Below are positions 48,368 to 57,766 of a stretch of DNA of 64,000 bases, piece after piece; the first letter of the stretch is position 1, and every line of letters begins with the position of its first letter. This DNA comes from Acidobacteriota bacterium. GTDB taxonomy: Bacteria > Acidobacteriota > Vicinamibacteria > Fen-336. The notes beneath the pieces were generated by a model. It ran no database searches. It saw only the letters and a program-made list of their open reading frames with translations, and had not been told where the DNA came from. The stretch is from assembly GCA_011526565.1 (NCBI GenBank), contig WYBL01000026.1:103928-167927 (forward strand), written 5' to 3'. The position numbers and the translations under genes are program-made.

Positions 48368-50740
48368 TCAGAAGCTCGTCACGATCTTGGCCACGACGTA
48401 GCGGCCGGGCTGGTGTAGCGACTCCTGGGCGGGCCGGTAGCCCTCGTCCAGGAGGTTGCCGACCTCGACCGTGAAGCCGACGGGGACTCTCGAGCCGAAC
48501 TCGACGCCGCCGCGAGCCGAGAGGACGGTCCATCCCGGGTAGCGCTCGACGGCCCCGCGCTCCAGTTCCTCGTCGGCGGGGCCTGCGGCGCGCAGCGATA
48601 GCTCGCCGAAGAGCCGGCTGTCGCGCGCCCCCGTGCGGCCGACGCGCAGGCCACCACGCCCCCAGAACCTCGGGATGCCGGTGTCGGCGGTGGTGAAGCC
48701 CGTGTACTGGAACTCCCGGTGGAGGTAGGTCGTCTCGGCGAACACCTCGACCGGCACGAAGTCGAGTCGCCAGGCGGCGGACAGCTCGAGGCCGGTGGTG
48801 CGCGCACCGTTCACGTTGTCGTAGACGCGGTCGAGGCTCGGCGTCGAGCCGGACGGACAAGGAGAGCCTTCTCCGCACAGACGCGTCGTTACGTAGTCGC
48901 TGGCGCGCGTGTAGAAGACCGACGCGTCGAACGAGAGTCGCGTGGTGGCGAGCCGCCCGCCCAGTTCGAAGTTGTGGGAAGTTTCGGGATCGAGGTCCGG
49001 ATTCGGATAAAGCAATCCACCGCCGCCGTGGGCGGTGCCCTCGTACAGCTCGAGCAGCGAGGGGTTTCGATAGCCCTGCGAGTAGCTGGCCCGGAGCGCG
49101 CTCTTGTTCGAGGGCTCGAACACCAGCGAAGCCGCGCCGGAGAGTCGACCGTTGCGCGTGGAACCCGTCTCGAGCCTCTGGCTCGTGGTTGCCAGCAGCG
49201 AGGATGCGAAGGTGTTGAAGCGTGCTCCGAGAACGAGCTTCACCTGGCGGGCGAGGGTCCACTCGTCCTGGACGAAGGCGCCGAACGAGTCCTGGCGGCT
49301 CTCGTTGACGATGCTCTCGGTGGCGACGTCCACGATCGGGGCCGGCATGCGCGGGAAGGTCAGCGTGGTCGTGGACGAGTCCGCGACCGCCGCGTTCATC
49401 TCGTCGCGGACGAGGTCGAAGCCAGCGACCAAGCGATGAGCGCGGTCCGGCCTCCACTCCGCGCTGGCCAGCAGCCCGTGCGTGTCCTGGTCGTAGACGG
49501 TGTCGATCGCCAGGTCGACTTCGAGCCGGGATCCGGGCCCGGCGAAGCCGGTCTGCACGATGCCGAGTTCTTGGGCGAAATCGCGCTTCCGCTGCTGGAC
49601 GTACACCGTTGCTGACAACGAGGGCACTTGCGGCGAGAGGCCAAGGCCGCGCCAGGTGGCTGCGAAGGTGCGACGGTCCTGCCGCGGCAAATCGAGTTGG
49701 AACGAATCGAGCCCCGACTGGAGCACGTCGTCGCTCGTGTGGGACTCGATCGCCGAGCGGAATTCCTCGAGGCGGAACGCGACGCGAGACCCGCCCCAGC
49801 GGCGTCCGATCTCGGCCGTCACCGAGGTCGAGTCGAAGCCGGAGTTCTCGAGGGTTCCGATCGCGTTGGCGTATGCCGCGTTGTCCTGGACTTCGTCCGG
49901 GACTCGCCGATCGCCATGATCCGAGCGGGAGGCCGAGACCCGGTAGTCGAACCAGTCGAGGGTGCCCGACAGGCTGGCGCCACCGTCGTAGCCTGCAGTC
50001 GACGAGTTGAAGGCCCAGCTCGTCCGGCCCGAGACCGGGCGATCGGAGGGCGCCCGCGGGATGAAGTTCACCGTCCCGCCGATCGCCTTGGAGCCGTACA
50101 CGACGCTGCTGGGCCCGCGTACGAGTTCCACCCGCTCGACTTCGGCGAGGTCGAGGAGCAGTGGTGCGGCGCCGTGGAAGCTCCGCTGCTCCGAGAGCTC
50201 GCGCCCGTCGACGAGGACGAGGACGTTCGAACCGACCTCACCCCGGATCCGGACGCGCTTGTTGCCGGCCAGCGACGTGTCGGTGATCTGCACGCCTGGG
50301 ACGTCGCGCAGCAGTTCGCCTGCCGAGTCTGCGCCCGAGGCGTCGATCGCCGTGCGGTCGATCACCGAGATGCTGTAAGGGACCGTCCGCAGCTCGCGCT
50401 CGGCACGGGCGCCCGTCACGACGACAGCCTCCTCGCGCGCCGGGCGGAGAGTCAACACGATTCCGCCAGGCGCGGGGATCACGAAGGTCGCCCGTGCGGG
50501 GGCAAAGCCCGCCCGCAGGGCGGTGATCTCGTAAGCGCCGGCAGCGAGGCCCTGCGCGCAAGCCACGCCGCCGCCATCGGCGGCGATCACTTTGCCGGGC
50601 GGCGCGACGACGACTTCGGCGCCGGGCAGCGGCTGCCCGGTCGCATCGCGAACGACGATCGGGACGCTGCAATCGGCAGCGGAGAGATTCGGTGTGGGGA
50701 GGACGAGCAGATGGATCGCTACGAGGAGAAGGCTGCGCAT
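48368..50740 (-). CDS. TonB-dependent outer-membrane receptor with an N-terminal carboxypeptidase-regulatory-like extension
   Basis: Signal peptide. The plug is AIDASGADSAGELLRDVPGVQIT...VDGRELSEQ...VELVRGPSSVVYGSKAIGGTVNF. The barrel ends ...YVVAKIVTSF. It is adjacent to cbiX-like. Confidence 0.85.
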   Translation of the reverse strand: MRSLLLVAIHLLVLPTPNLSAADCSVPIVVRDATGQPLPGAEVVVAPPGKVIAADGGGVACAQGLAAGAYEITALRAGFAPARATFVIPAPGGIVLTLRPAREEAVVVTGARAERELRTVPYSISVIDRTAIDASGADSAGELLRDVPGVQITDTSLAGNKRVRIRGEVGSNVLVLVDGRELSEQRSFHGAAPLLLDLAEVERVELVRGPSSVVYGSKAIGGTVNFIPRAPSDRPVSGRTSWAFNSSTAGYDGGASLSGTLDWFDYRVSASRSDHGDRRVPDEVQDNAAYANAIGTLENSGFDSTSVTAEIGRRWGGSRVAFRLEEFRSAIESHTSDDVLQSGLDSFQLDLPRQDRRTFAATWRGLGLSPQVPSLSATVYVQQRKRDFAQELGIVQTGFAGPGSRLEVDLAIDTVYDQDTHGLLASAEWRPDRAHRLVAGFDLVRDEMNAAVADSSTTTLTFPRMPAPIVDVATESIVNESRQDSFGAFVQDEWTLARQVKLVLGARFNTFASSLLATTSQRLETGSTRNGRLSGAASLVFEPSNKSALRASYSQGYRNPSLLELYEGTAHGGGGLLYPNPDLDPETSHNFELGGRLATTRLSFDASVFYTRASDYVTTRLCGEGSPCPSGSTPSLDRVYDNVNGARTTGLELSAAWRLDFVPVEVFAETTYLHREFQYTGFTTADTGIPRFWGRGGLRVGRTGARDSRLFGELSLRAAGPADEELERGAVERYPGWTVLSARGGVEFGSRVPVGFTVEVGNLLDEGYRPAQESLHQPGRYVVAKIVTSF

Positions 50741-50745
50741 CGCGC

Positions 50746-50784
50746 CTGACTTCGTCAGTGGAGTGAAACTGAAAGTGACTTTCA
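50746..50784 (-). promoter_or_regulatory. Two inverted repeats in an AT-rich leader of the TBDR-cbiX operon: CTGAC-ttc-GTCAG at 50746-50758 and the perfect palindrome TGAAAGT-G-ACTTTCA at 50770-50784
   Basis: Read directly. They lie 6-45 nt upstream of the TBDR start, in an unusually AT-rich stretch for this GC-rich DNA. Confidence 0.4.
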
Positions 50785-50925
50785 ATATCATAACGACGGA
50801 AAGGTAGGCCGTAGGCAGTCACCTGTCAAGGGGGGGCGCCATCGGGCCGAACTCGCGCGGCCCCGACCTCAACGCTCAGGGGGTGGCCGTCGAGCGGGTC
50901 CCCGCTGGCGGTTGCGGCGGATCGG

Positions 50926-52179
50926 TCAGCGGGCTGGCGGCTGCAGCAGATCGAGGATCACGGCCGCCATGGCTCGGGCTCCCGTCTCGATGGCGGTTTC
51001 GTCGGCGACGTAGTCCGGGCTGTGAGGCACACCGGAGTAGCCCGCTTCGGGGTTGCCGACCCCGAGCCAGTACATCACCGTCGGCGCCAGCTCGCGGTAC
51101 CAGCCGAAGTCCTCGGAGAACGCCGTGGGAGCGGCAGACGAAACCACGAACGCCTCGGGTCCCAGCGCGCGCTGGATGGAGGCGCGGGCCATCGCCTCGA
51201 GCGACGGGTCGTTGGTGGCTCCGGGCACCCGCTGCACCCATTCGATCCGCGCCGCCGACCCGCCGATCTGGTTTCCCGCGAGAGCCGCCTCGAGCGAACG
51301 CCGAGCGGCCTGCCGTGCTTCCGGATCCGAGACCGTCAGGTTGGCGCTGACGCGCCACTCGCTCGCCCTGCCCACCCATTCGATGGTGGGGTCACCCTGC
51401 ACGACGACGAAGGGATCCGGCAGCGATCCGCCTGACGTGGTGGTGCCGAGCGCCGCCAGGGCAGCACGGACACTTTGCGCCCAGTCGCGCTCGTTGGCGG
51501 CGCCCCGCGCGGCCACAGTGACCCGATCGCGCGCCGGCAGCATCGCGCCGGCCTTGCCGGAGACGAAGCCCGCCCGCAACGGCGCCGTGTGGAACGCCAG
51601 GAACGCACTGGGCTCGATGCCCTCGAATGCGCCGGCATCGATCATCGCGCGGGCGCCCGTGGCGGTTTCTTCTGCAGGCTGAAGAACGAAGACGACCGTG
51701 CCGTGGAGTCGAGGCGCCACCGAAGCCAGGCTCTCGGCGAGTGCGAGCCCGACCGTCGTGTGCACGTCGTGGCCGCAGATGTGCCGCACGCCGGGCGTGC
51801 CGGACCGGAACGGGACCGGGTCCGGAGCCGAGGATGGCATCGCATCCATGTCCGCGCGGAACACGATCGTCGGCCCTGGCGATCCGCCACGAAGGATGGC
51901 GATCACCCCGTGGCCTGCGATCGCCGTTCGCACTTCCAGGCCACGCGCGCGCAGGCGTTCGGCCACGACGGTCGAAGTGCGCGCTTCGGAGCCGCTGAGC
52001 TCAGGGTGCTGGTGGAGGTCGCGACGGACCGCGATGTACGTCTCGCGCGCCTGGAGGATGGCCTGCGAAACCGTGTCGAATAGGGTTGGCTCGGCGGCCT
52101 GCGCTGCCGGTGCGCTGGCCAGGCGAGCGCCCAGCCAGAAGGCGAGCAGCCAGGCGGCGCGGCGGGTAAACGATCTCAT
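50926..52179 (-). CDS. Secreted M20-family metallopeptidase/amidohydrolase (M20D hippurate-hydrolase-like)
   Basis: Signal peptide. The metal-binding motifs are HQHPELSGSE, ADMDAMP and HICGHDVHTT. The family C-terminus is present. Confidence 0.8.
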   Translation of the reverse strand: MRSFTRRAAWLLAFWLGARLASAPAAQAAEPTLFDTVSQAILQARETYIAVRRDLHQHPELSGSEARTSTVVAERLRARGLEVRTAIAGHGVIAILRGGSPGPTIVFRADMDAMPSSAPDPVPFRSGTPGVRHICGHDVHTTVGLALAESLASVAPRLHGTVVFVLQPAEETATGARAMIDAGAFEGIEPSAFLAFHTAPLRAGFVSGKAGAMLPARDRVTVAARGAANERDWAQSVRAALAALGTTTSGGSLPDPFVVVQGDPTIEWVGRASEWRVSANLTVSDPEARQAARRSLEAALAGNQIGGSAARIEWVQRVPGATNDPSLEAMARASIQRALGPEAFVVSSAAPTAFSEDFGWYRELAPTVMYWLGVGNPEAGYSGVPHSPDYVADETAIETGARAMAAVILDLLQPPAR

Positions 52180-52349
52180 GTCCGCAGCTTACCCCCGGGG
52201 CTTGGGCCATGGACCAGACGCTCAACTGACTGGACCCGCTGAGCGAGGTCGGAGGCGGTGGCTCGCGTCGAAGTCGCAGGCGGCCGAACGCGCGGCGACC
52301 GTCTTCGCAGACAACCGTGATGTCCCGCTCGGCGTTGGCCCGCCGGTGC

Positions 52350-54137
52350 CTAGCGGGCTCCGAAGGCCAGCCTCAAGATCACGATCGCTTCGAGTGCCAG
52401 CAGCAGCGGCGCCCACGGCTGCTGGTAGGCCTCGCTGACCAGCCACAGGAACGTGAGGGCCGCCCCGGCCGCGAGGCTCGTGCGCGGGCTCCAGCACGCC
52501 CCGCCCCGGCGCCACCACAGGAGGCCCGCCCCGCAGAGGAGCAGCAGGGGCAAGGCCAGCGGCAGCGGGTTCTCCGCGAGGCGCGCGCGGGCCAGCGCCA
52601 GTTCCACGCCGAGGTCGAGGTCGACGACCGTGACGCGGGCCGGCAGCGGGACGTCGAGGCTGAGGAAGGGCGCCCGCCGCCAGCGGTAGTACGCGGAGGC
52701 CGGCTCCTCGCCGGGCGTTCCGGTCCCGAGGAAGGGCACCGGCCGTCCGTCGACGTAGACGAGCAGCGCCTCCGGCCCGTGCAGCTTTCCGGGGCGGCCC
52801 TGCAGCCACTCGTCCGGGATCGTGACCCGCGGGCCCTTGCCGTCCGGCGGCACATCGAGGAGTTCGGCGTGCAAGACGGCACTCGAGTCCCGGCCGAGGG
52901 CACGCTCCAGCGCAGCCTCGCCGGGAGGCTCCAGCCTGTGACCCCACCAGGCCGCGTGCTGCCCGGCCAGCACGGCGAGCAGGATCGCCACGCTGAAGCC
53001 GAGCGCCCGCCGTCGGACCGGCTCCGCCTCGCGCAGCGAGCGTCCGCGCCACAGCGCGAGCAGCGTCTCGCGCGCCGGCTCCTCGACCAGTTCGAAGAGC
53101 AGGGCGCTGACGGCGGTCACGCCGAGGTACAGCGTGAGCAGGTGCACGCCGTCGCCCGGCAGCAGCCAGAACACGAGGTCGTCCCCGAGCGGGCTGAAGT
53201 GGACGAGGTAGAACGCGTAGGACACGCGGCCGAGATAGACGAGCACGCCGGCCGACATCAGCCGCGCGATCGGGGCGCGGCCGCAGGTGAGCGCCAGCAC
53301 GATCGCCGTCGAGCCGGCGGCCGCCAGGTGGTTCCAGCGCCACAGGGCGTTCGGGTCGACCGCGTTGCGGACCATCCCCGCCTGGGCGGCGTAGACCAGG
53401 CCGGCGCCGGCCAGCGTCAGCAGCGTCGAGAGGACGGCGCCGCGCGGCCGGCGCCAGAGCGCGTCCACCCTTCCCGACAGGAAGATCAGGCCTGCCGCGG
53501 TGCCCATCGCGAAGTCGGCGTAGCGCCCGAACAGGGTGAACGAGCGCAGCAGCAGGGGATTGGCGAGGAAGTTCAACCCGGCCGCCGCCAGCGGCTCGGA
53601 GAACTGCAGCACCAGCGCGCCGGCGAGGCCGAGGCCGAGCGTCGTCCCCACGAGGCCGAGCGTCGCGCCGGCCCGCAGCCCCCAGCGGCGGCTGAGCCGG
53701 GCGATCGCGAGGAACACGAGCGGGGCGGAGGCGTAGTAGCACTCCTCGACCGTCAGCGACCAGGAGGTGCCGACGGTCAGATCCTCGAGTGAGGTGCCGA
53801 ACAGGGCCTGGGTCAGCGTCCACTCCGGCAGGTACTGCCAACCGAGCGGCGCGGCGCCCCGGGACACGACGTGCATCAGCACGAAGACGAAGAAGTAGAG
53901 GGGCAGGATGCGCGCGGCACGCCGCACGAAGTACTCGCCGATCCGGTGCTCGCCGCGCGCGATCGCGGGGAAGTAGCGCACCGTGATCAGGAAGCCCGAC
54001 AGCACGAAGAACGCCGTGACCCCGACGTGCCCCTGGCCGCACAGGATCTCCATCAGATCGCTGTCTGCCTGCGGCCGGAAGTGGAAGACGAAGACGAGCA
54101 GCGCGGCCAGCGCCCGGAACGACGTCAGGGCGGGCAT
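52350..54137 (-). CDS. Acyltransferase-3 (OatA/NolL-like) membrane protein with C-terminal extracytoplasmic domain
   Basis: The AT3 N-terminal motif is SFRALAALLVFVFHF...GVTAFFVLSGFLIT (catalytic His in FHF). There are about 10 TM helices, then a soluble C-terminal domain. Confidence 0.7.
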   Translation of the reverse strand: MPALTSFRALAALLVFVFHFRPQADSDLMEILCGQGHVGVTAFFVLSGFLITVRYFPAIARGEHRIGEYFVRRAARILPLYFFVFVLMHVVSRGAAPLGWQYLPEWTLTQALFGTSLEDLTVGTSWSLTVEECYYASAPLVFLAIARLSRRWGLRAGATLGLVGTTLGLGLAGALVLQFSEPLAAAGLNFLANPLLLRSFTLFGRYADFAMGTAAGLIFLSGRVDALWRRPRGAVLSTLLTLAGAGLVYAAQAGMVRNAVDPNALWRWNHLAAAGSTAIVLALTCGRAPIARLMSAGVLVYLGRVSYAFYLVHFSPLGDDLVFWLLPGDGVHLLTLYLGVTAVSALLFELVEEPARETLLALWRGRSLREAEPVRRRALGFSVAILLAVLAGQHAAWWGHRLEPPGEAALERALGRDSSAVLHAELLDVPPDGKGPRVTIPDEWLQGRPGKLHGPEALLVYVDGRPVPFLGTGTPGEEPASAYYRWRRAPFLSLDVPLPARVTVVDLDLGVELALARARLAENPLPLALPLLLLCGAGLLWWRRGGACWSPRTSLAAGAALTFLWLVSEAYQQPWAPLLLALEAIVILRLAFGAR

Positions 54138-54297
54138 GTCGGCGACGCCTCGGGCCTCCCCGGGGGCACCGAGCCCGACCTCCGGGCTGCCGTTCAGCAT
54201 CACTGACCGACTCTATCAGCATGAATGAACCAGCGACTCCCGGGTTGCCGGTCCCGAACGCGTCCGCTAGGGTGGCCGGACCAGGAACGGAGGCGCC

Positions 54298-55392
54298 ATG
54301 GATGAACCGCGCTGGCACGACGTCGGGGCGGCTGAAGAACTGGCCCGTCGACCGGTCACCGCGGTGCGAGCGGGCTCCACGGCCATCGCGCTGGTGTGGC
54401 GCGAGGGCGTCTTCTCGGCGATCTCCGGGGCCTGCAATCACGTGGGTGGCCCCCTCGGCGAAGGACGGCTCGACGGCGAGTACGTCGTCTGCCCCTGGCA
54501 CCAGTGGAAGTTCCACTGCCGGACCGGCGAAGGCGAGCCGGGCTTCGAGGAGGACCGCGTCCCGTCGCACGCCGTGAAGGTCGAAGGCGGCCGCGTTTTC
54601 GTCGACGCGCGGCCGGCGACGCCGCGCCACAAGAAGCCGCACGCGCCGCATCCGCTGGCTCGCGCCGTGCGCCGCGAGCCGGGGCCGGTGCGGGTGGCCG
54701 GCATCTCGACGACGGTGATGGACCGCGACAACCCGCGCTTCTCGGGCTCGGAGGCGCTGCTCGAGCACGCGCTCGCCCACGCCGCCGAGACGCTCGGCGC
54801 GCAGACCCGGATGCTGAAGCTCGGCGAGTTGTCGTTCCGCGCCTGCGAGGGCTACTACTCGAAGGCCGCTCGCGCCTGCACCTGGCCGTGCTCGATCACC
54901 CAGATGGACGCGGACGATCAGCTCGACCGGGTGTACGAGGCGCTCGTCCACTGGGCCGACGTGATCCTGGTGGCGACGCCGATCCGCTGGGGCGCGGCCA
55001 GCTCGCTCTACTACCGCATGGCCGAGCGCATGAACTGCATCCAGAACCAGGTCACCACCCACGACCGGGTGCTGATCCGCGACAAGGTCGCGGGCTTCAT
55101 CGTGATCGGCGGCCAGGACAACGTGCAGGCCGTGGCCGGGCAGATGCTCGGCTTCTTCGCGGAGCTCGGCTTCCTGTTCCCGCAGTTCCCCTACGTCGCC
55201 CACTCCCGCGGCTGGACGGCGGAGGACATGGAGCGCAACGTCGCCATCCTGCGCACGAGCGCGGAGCTGCGCGAGGGCGTCGAGTCGCTGGTGGCGCGCT
55301 GCGCGGAGCTGGCCGGGCGCCTGCTCGCCACCGGCGCGACGCCCGAGCGCGTCGCCCGCGGCGGGCGCAAGGCGCACGCGCTGCCGGAGTAG
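54298..55392 (+). CDS. Rieske [2Fe-2S] domain fused to an NADPH-dependent FMN-reductase/flavodoxin-like domain
   Basis: The Rieske ligands are CNHVGGPL...CPWHQWKF. The flavodoxin-like P-loop is GISTTVMDRDNPRFSGSEAL and ...ATPIRWGAASSLYYRMAER. Confidence 0.75.
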   Translation: MDEPRWHDVGAAEELARRPVTAVRAGSTAIALVWREGVFSAISGACNHVGGPLGEGRLDGEYVVCPWHQWKFHCRTGEGEPGFEEDRVPSHAVKVEGGRVFVDARPATPRHKKPHAPHPLARAVRREPGPVRVAGISTTVMDRDNPRFSGSEALLEHALAHAAETLGAQTRMLKLGELSFRACEGYYSKAARACTWPCSITQMDADDQLDRVYEALVHWADVILVATPIRWGAASSLYYRMAERMNCIQNQVTTHDRVLIRDKVAGFIVIGGQDNVQAVAGQMLGFFAELGFLFPQFPYVAHSRGWTAEDMERNVAILRTSAELREGVESLVARCAELAGRLLATGATPERVARGGRKAHALPE

Positions 55393-55407
55393 CGCGCCCG
55401 CCTTGGC

Positions 55408-56187
55408 TCAAGGCTGTGCGTTGAGCGACCAGTCGTAGGGCAGCCAGCGGACGCGCACCTGCACGCCGGCGTCGAGGGCTGCGCGCACCGCCGGCAACTC
55501 GCGGCCGACGTACTCCGCCACTGAAGGGGCCTGCTTCCGGAAGTCGTCGCCGTACCAGTCGTACAGGTGCGTCAGGTGCAGAACCCCGGTGGCGGCCTCG
55601 AACCGCACGAAACGCTCGTCCTGGTGCATCCGCCGTGACTGGTCGGCGAGCTGCTCGGCGAGGCGTGAACCCTCGTAGGCCTCTCTCCGCAGGGGCGGGC
55701 ATCCGCGCGCGGCGCAGACCAGCGCGAAGTGGATGCGCGGCTCGTCGAACTGCCGCCGAATCCGCTGGTGCTCGAGATCGTCCAGGCTCAACGTCTCGCC
55801 GGCGAGCCGGAAGCGGCGGGCACGCCAGCGTTCGCCGGACGGGATGTCCTTGATCGAAGCGACGGGATGGTGGTCGAGGATCAGGCGCAGCGTGAACGCG
55901 TTGTACGCGTTGATCTGCAGCGCGAGCTGCTCTTCGGGCGCCAGGCCGGAGAGCGCCACAGTGGCCAGCGAGGCGAGGTAGGCGTCGAGCTCCCGCGAGT
56001 CGCCTCGCAGCCGCCCGTAGTCCACCTGCCCATCCGCGTCGACCCGGGCCTTCAGCAGCCGGTCCAGGCCCGAGTGGTCGAAGCGGGCGGAGCCCGGAGC
56101 CTGGGCCGCGGCCGACGGGTGCAGCGCCAGGGTGGCGAGGGTGACGACGACGAGCGAGCGGGCCAGGGGGTTCGGGCTCTGGTTCAT
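55408..56187 (-). CDS. Secreted DUF547-domain protein
   Basis: Signal peptide. The DUF547 core is QLALQINAYNAFTLRLIL...IHFALVCAARGCPPL. Confidence 0.7.
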   Translation of the reverse strand: MNQSPNPLARSLVVVTLATLALHPSAAAQAPGSARFDHSGLDRLLKARVDADGQVDYGRLRGDSRELDAYLASLATVALSGLAPEEQLALQINAYNAFTLRLILDHHPVASIKDIPSGERWRARRFRLAGETLSLDDLEHQRIRRQFDEPRIHFALVCAARGCPPLRREAYEGSRLAEQLADQSRRMHQDERFVRFEAATGVLHLTHLYDWYGDDFRKQAPSVAEYVGRELPAVRAALDAGVQVRVRWLPYDWSLNAQP

Positions 56188-56457
56188 GGCCTCTCCATCA
56201 TCGCCCCGAGAGCGGATTGCGGCCGTCGGGCCGCAGGCCCTCACGGCTCGCGGCGCGGGGGATGAACGTGGTGCACGGCGCCGGCAGGTCGGGGCCCGGT
56301 AGCGGGGGTGGTCGAGCGGGAGGACGACGGCACGCCAGGCGTCGCAGTCTTCACCGAGGCAATATGACAACTCCCCGTCACTGACGACTCGGCGACGCGC
56401 CGCGGGAATGGGGTGCCCGGGCGCGGCGTTCTCGGTACGGGAGGAAGGGCACCGTCG

Positions 56458-57756
56458 ATGCGCTACGTGATCCTGGGCAACGGCGTCGCGGGGATGGAGA
56501 CGGCGCTCGCGCTGCGGCGGCGCGACGAGACGGCGTCGATCGCGCTGGTCTCGGCCGAGCACGACCACTTCTTCTCGCGGCCGGCGCTGATGTACGTCTT
56601 CGCCGGGCAGCTCGCGCTGAAGGACACCGAGCCCTACGACCGGGGCCTTTACGAGCGGATGGGCTTCGAGCGGGTGCGCGGGGCGGTGACGGCGCTGGAC
56701 GCGGCGGGCAAGGCGCTCGTGCTCGAGGGCGGGGCGCGCGTGGCGTACGACCGGCTGCTGCTGGCCTGTGGCTCGAAGGCGCGGCCGGCGCCGTGGCCCG
56801 GCAGCGACGGGCCGGGCGTGCACGGGTTCGTGACGCTGCGCGACCTCGAGCGGCTCGACGCCGAGGCGAAGCCCGGGGGGCGCGCCGTCGTGATCGGTGG
56901 CGGGCTGATCGGCGTCGAGGTGGCCGAGATCCTGAAGGACAGGGGACTCCACGTCACCTTCGTGGTGCGCGAGAGCTGGTACTTCCCGCTGGCGCTCGAC
57001 GCGCGCGAGGCGGCGCTGGTCGGCGAGCACATGCGCGACCACGGCATCGACGTGCGGCTGGGCGCCAACGTCGCCGAGATCCTGCGCGGCGGCGCCGGCT
57101 CCCGGCCGCGGGCGGTCCGACTCGCCGAGACGGGCGAAGAACTGGGCTGCGACCTGGCCGCCTGCTGCATCGGCGTGGTGCCCAACACGGGCTTCCTCGC
57201 CGGCAGCGGGCTCGCGCTGTCGAAAGGCGGGGCGATCGAGACGGACGACGACCTGCGCACGAACCTCGACGGCGTGTGGGCGGCGGGCGACTGCGCCAAC
57301 GTGACCTGGGCCGACGGCTCGCGGCGGCCGGAGCCGCTGTGGTACACGGCGCGCGACCAGGGCCGCGCCGCCGCCGCGTCGATGCTGGGCGACGAGGTCC
57401 GCTACCGGCGCGGCACCTGGTACAACTCGGCCAAGTTCTTCGACCTCGAGTGGACGACGGCCGGCTTCGTCCCGGTCGCGCTCAACTTCGACAACACGCC
57501 GCTGCCGCGGCCCGAGGGCGTGCGCGAGTGGTTCCAGCGGGTGCCCGGGCGCCCCGAGAGCCAGCGCATCGTGCTGAAGGGCGACCGGGTGGTGGGCTTC
57601 AACATGCTCGGCTCACGCTGGAACCACGAGCCGCTGCTCGAGTGGATCCACGAGCGGCGCGAGTTGCCGTGGGTGCTCAAGCACCTGCCCGAGGCCCAGT
57701 TCGACGAGGAGTTCGCGCCCCGTTTCGCCGTGCAGCCCACGGCGGAAGTGGCGTAG
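56458..57756 (+). CDS. FAD/NAD(P)-dependent pyridine-nucleotide-disulfide-family oxidoreductase
   Basis: FAD motif RYVILGNGVAGMETA. NAD motif AVVIGGGLIGVEVAE. The second FAD motif is GVWAAGDCA. Confidence 0.8.
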   Translation: MRYVILGNGVAGMETALALRRRDETASIALVSAEHDHFFSRPALMYVFAGQLALKDTEPYDRGLYERMGFERVRGAVTALDAAGKALVLEGGARVAYDRLLLACGSKARPAPWPGSDGPGVHGFVTLRDLERLDAEAKPGGRAVVIGGGLIGVEVAEILKDRGLHVTFVVRESWYFPLALDAREAALVGEHMRDHGIDVRLGANVAEILRGGAGSRPRAVRLAETGEELGCDLAACCIGVVPNTGFLAGSGLALSKGGAIETDDDLRTNLDGVWAAGDCANVTWADGSRRPEPLWYTARDQGRAAAASMLGDEVRYRRGTWYNSAKFFDLEWTTAGFVPVALNFDNTPLPRPEGVREWFQRVPGRPESQRIVLKGDRVVGFNMLGSRWNHEPLLEWIHERRELPWVLKHLPEAQFDEEFAPRFAVQPTAEVA

Positions 57757-57766
57757 GAGGGGCGCG

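Noticed and set aside
50741-50925. Cobalamin riboswitch upstream of the TBDR-cbiX operon
   Set aside because: I could not find the B12-box (GCCACTG) or the conserved riboswitch core in either orientation. Only the palindromes reported above are present.
52222-55377. 1051-aa minus ORF spanning the acyltransferase and Rieske genes
   Set aside because: It is antisense to the Rieske-flavodoxin gene and out of frame with the acyltransferase. Composition artefact.
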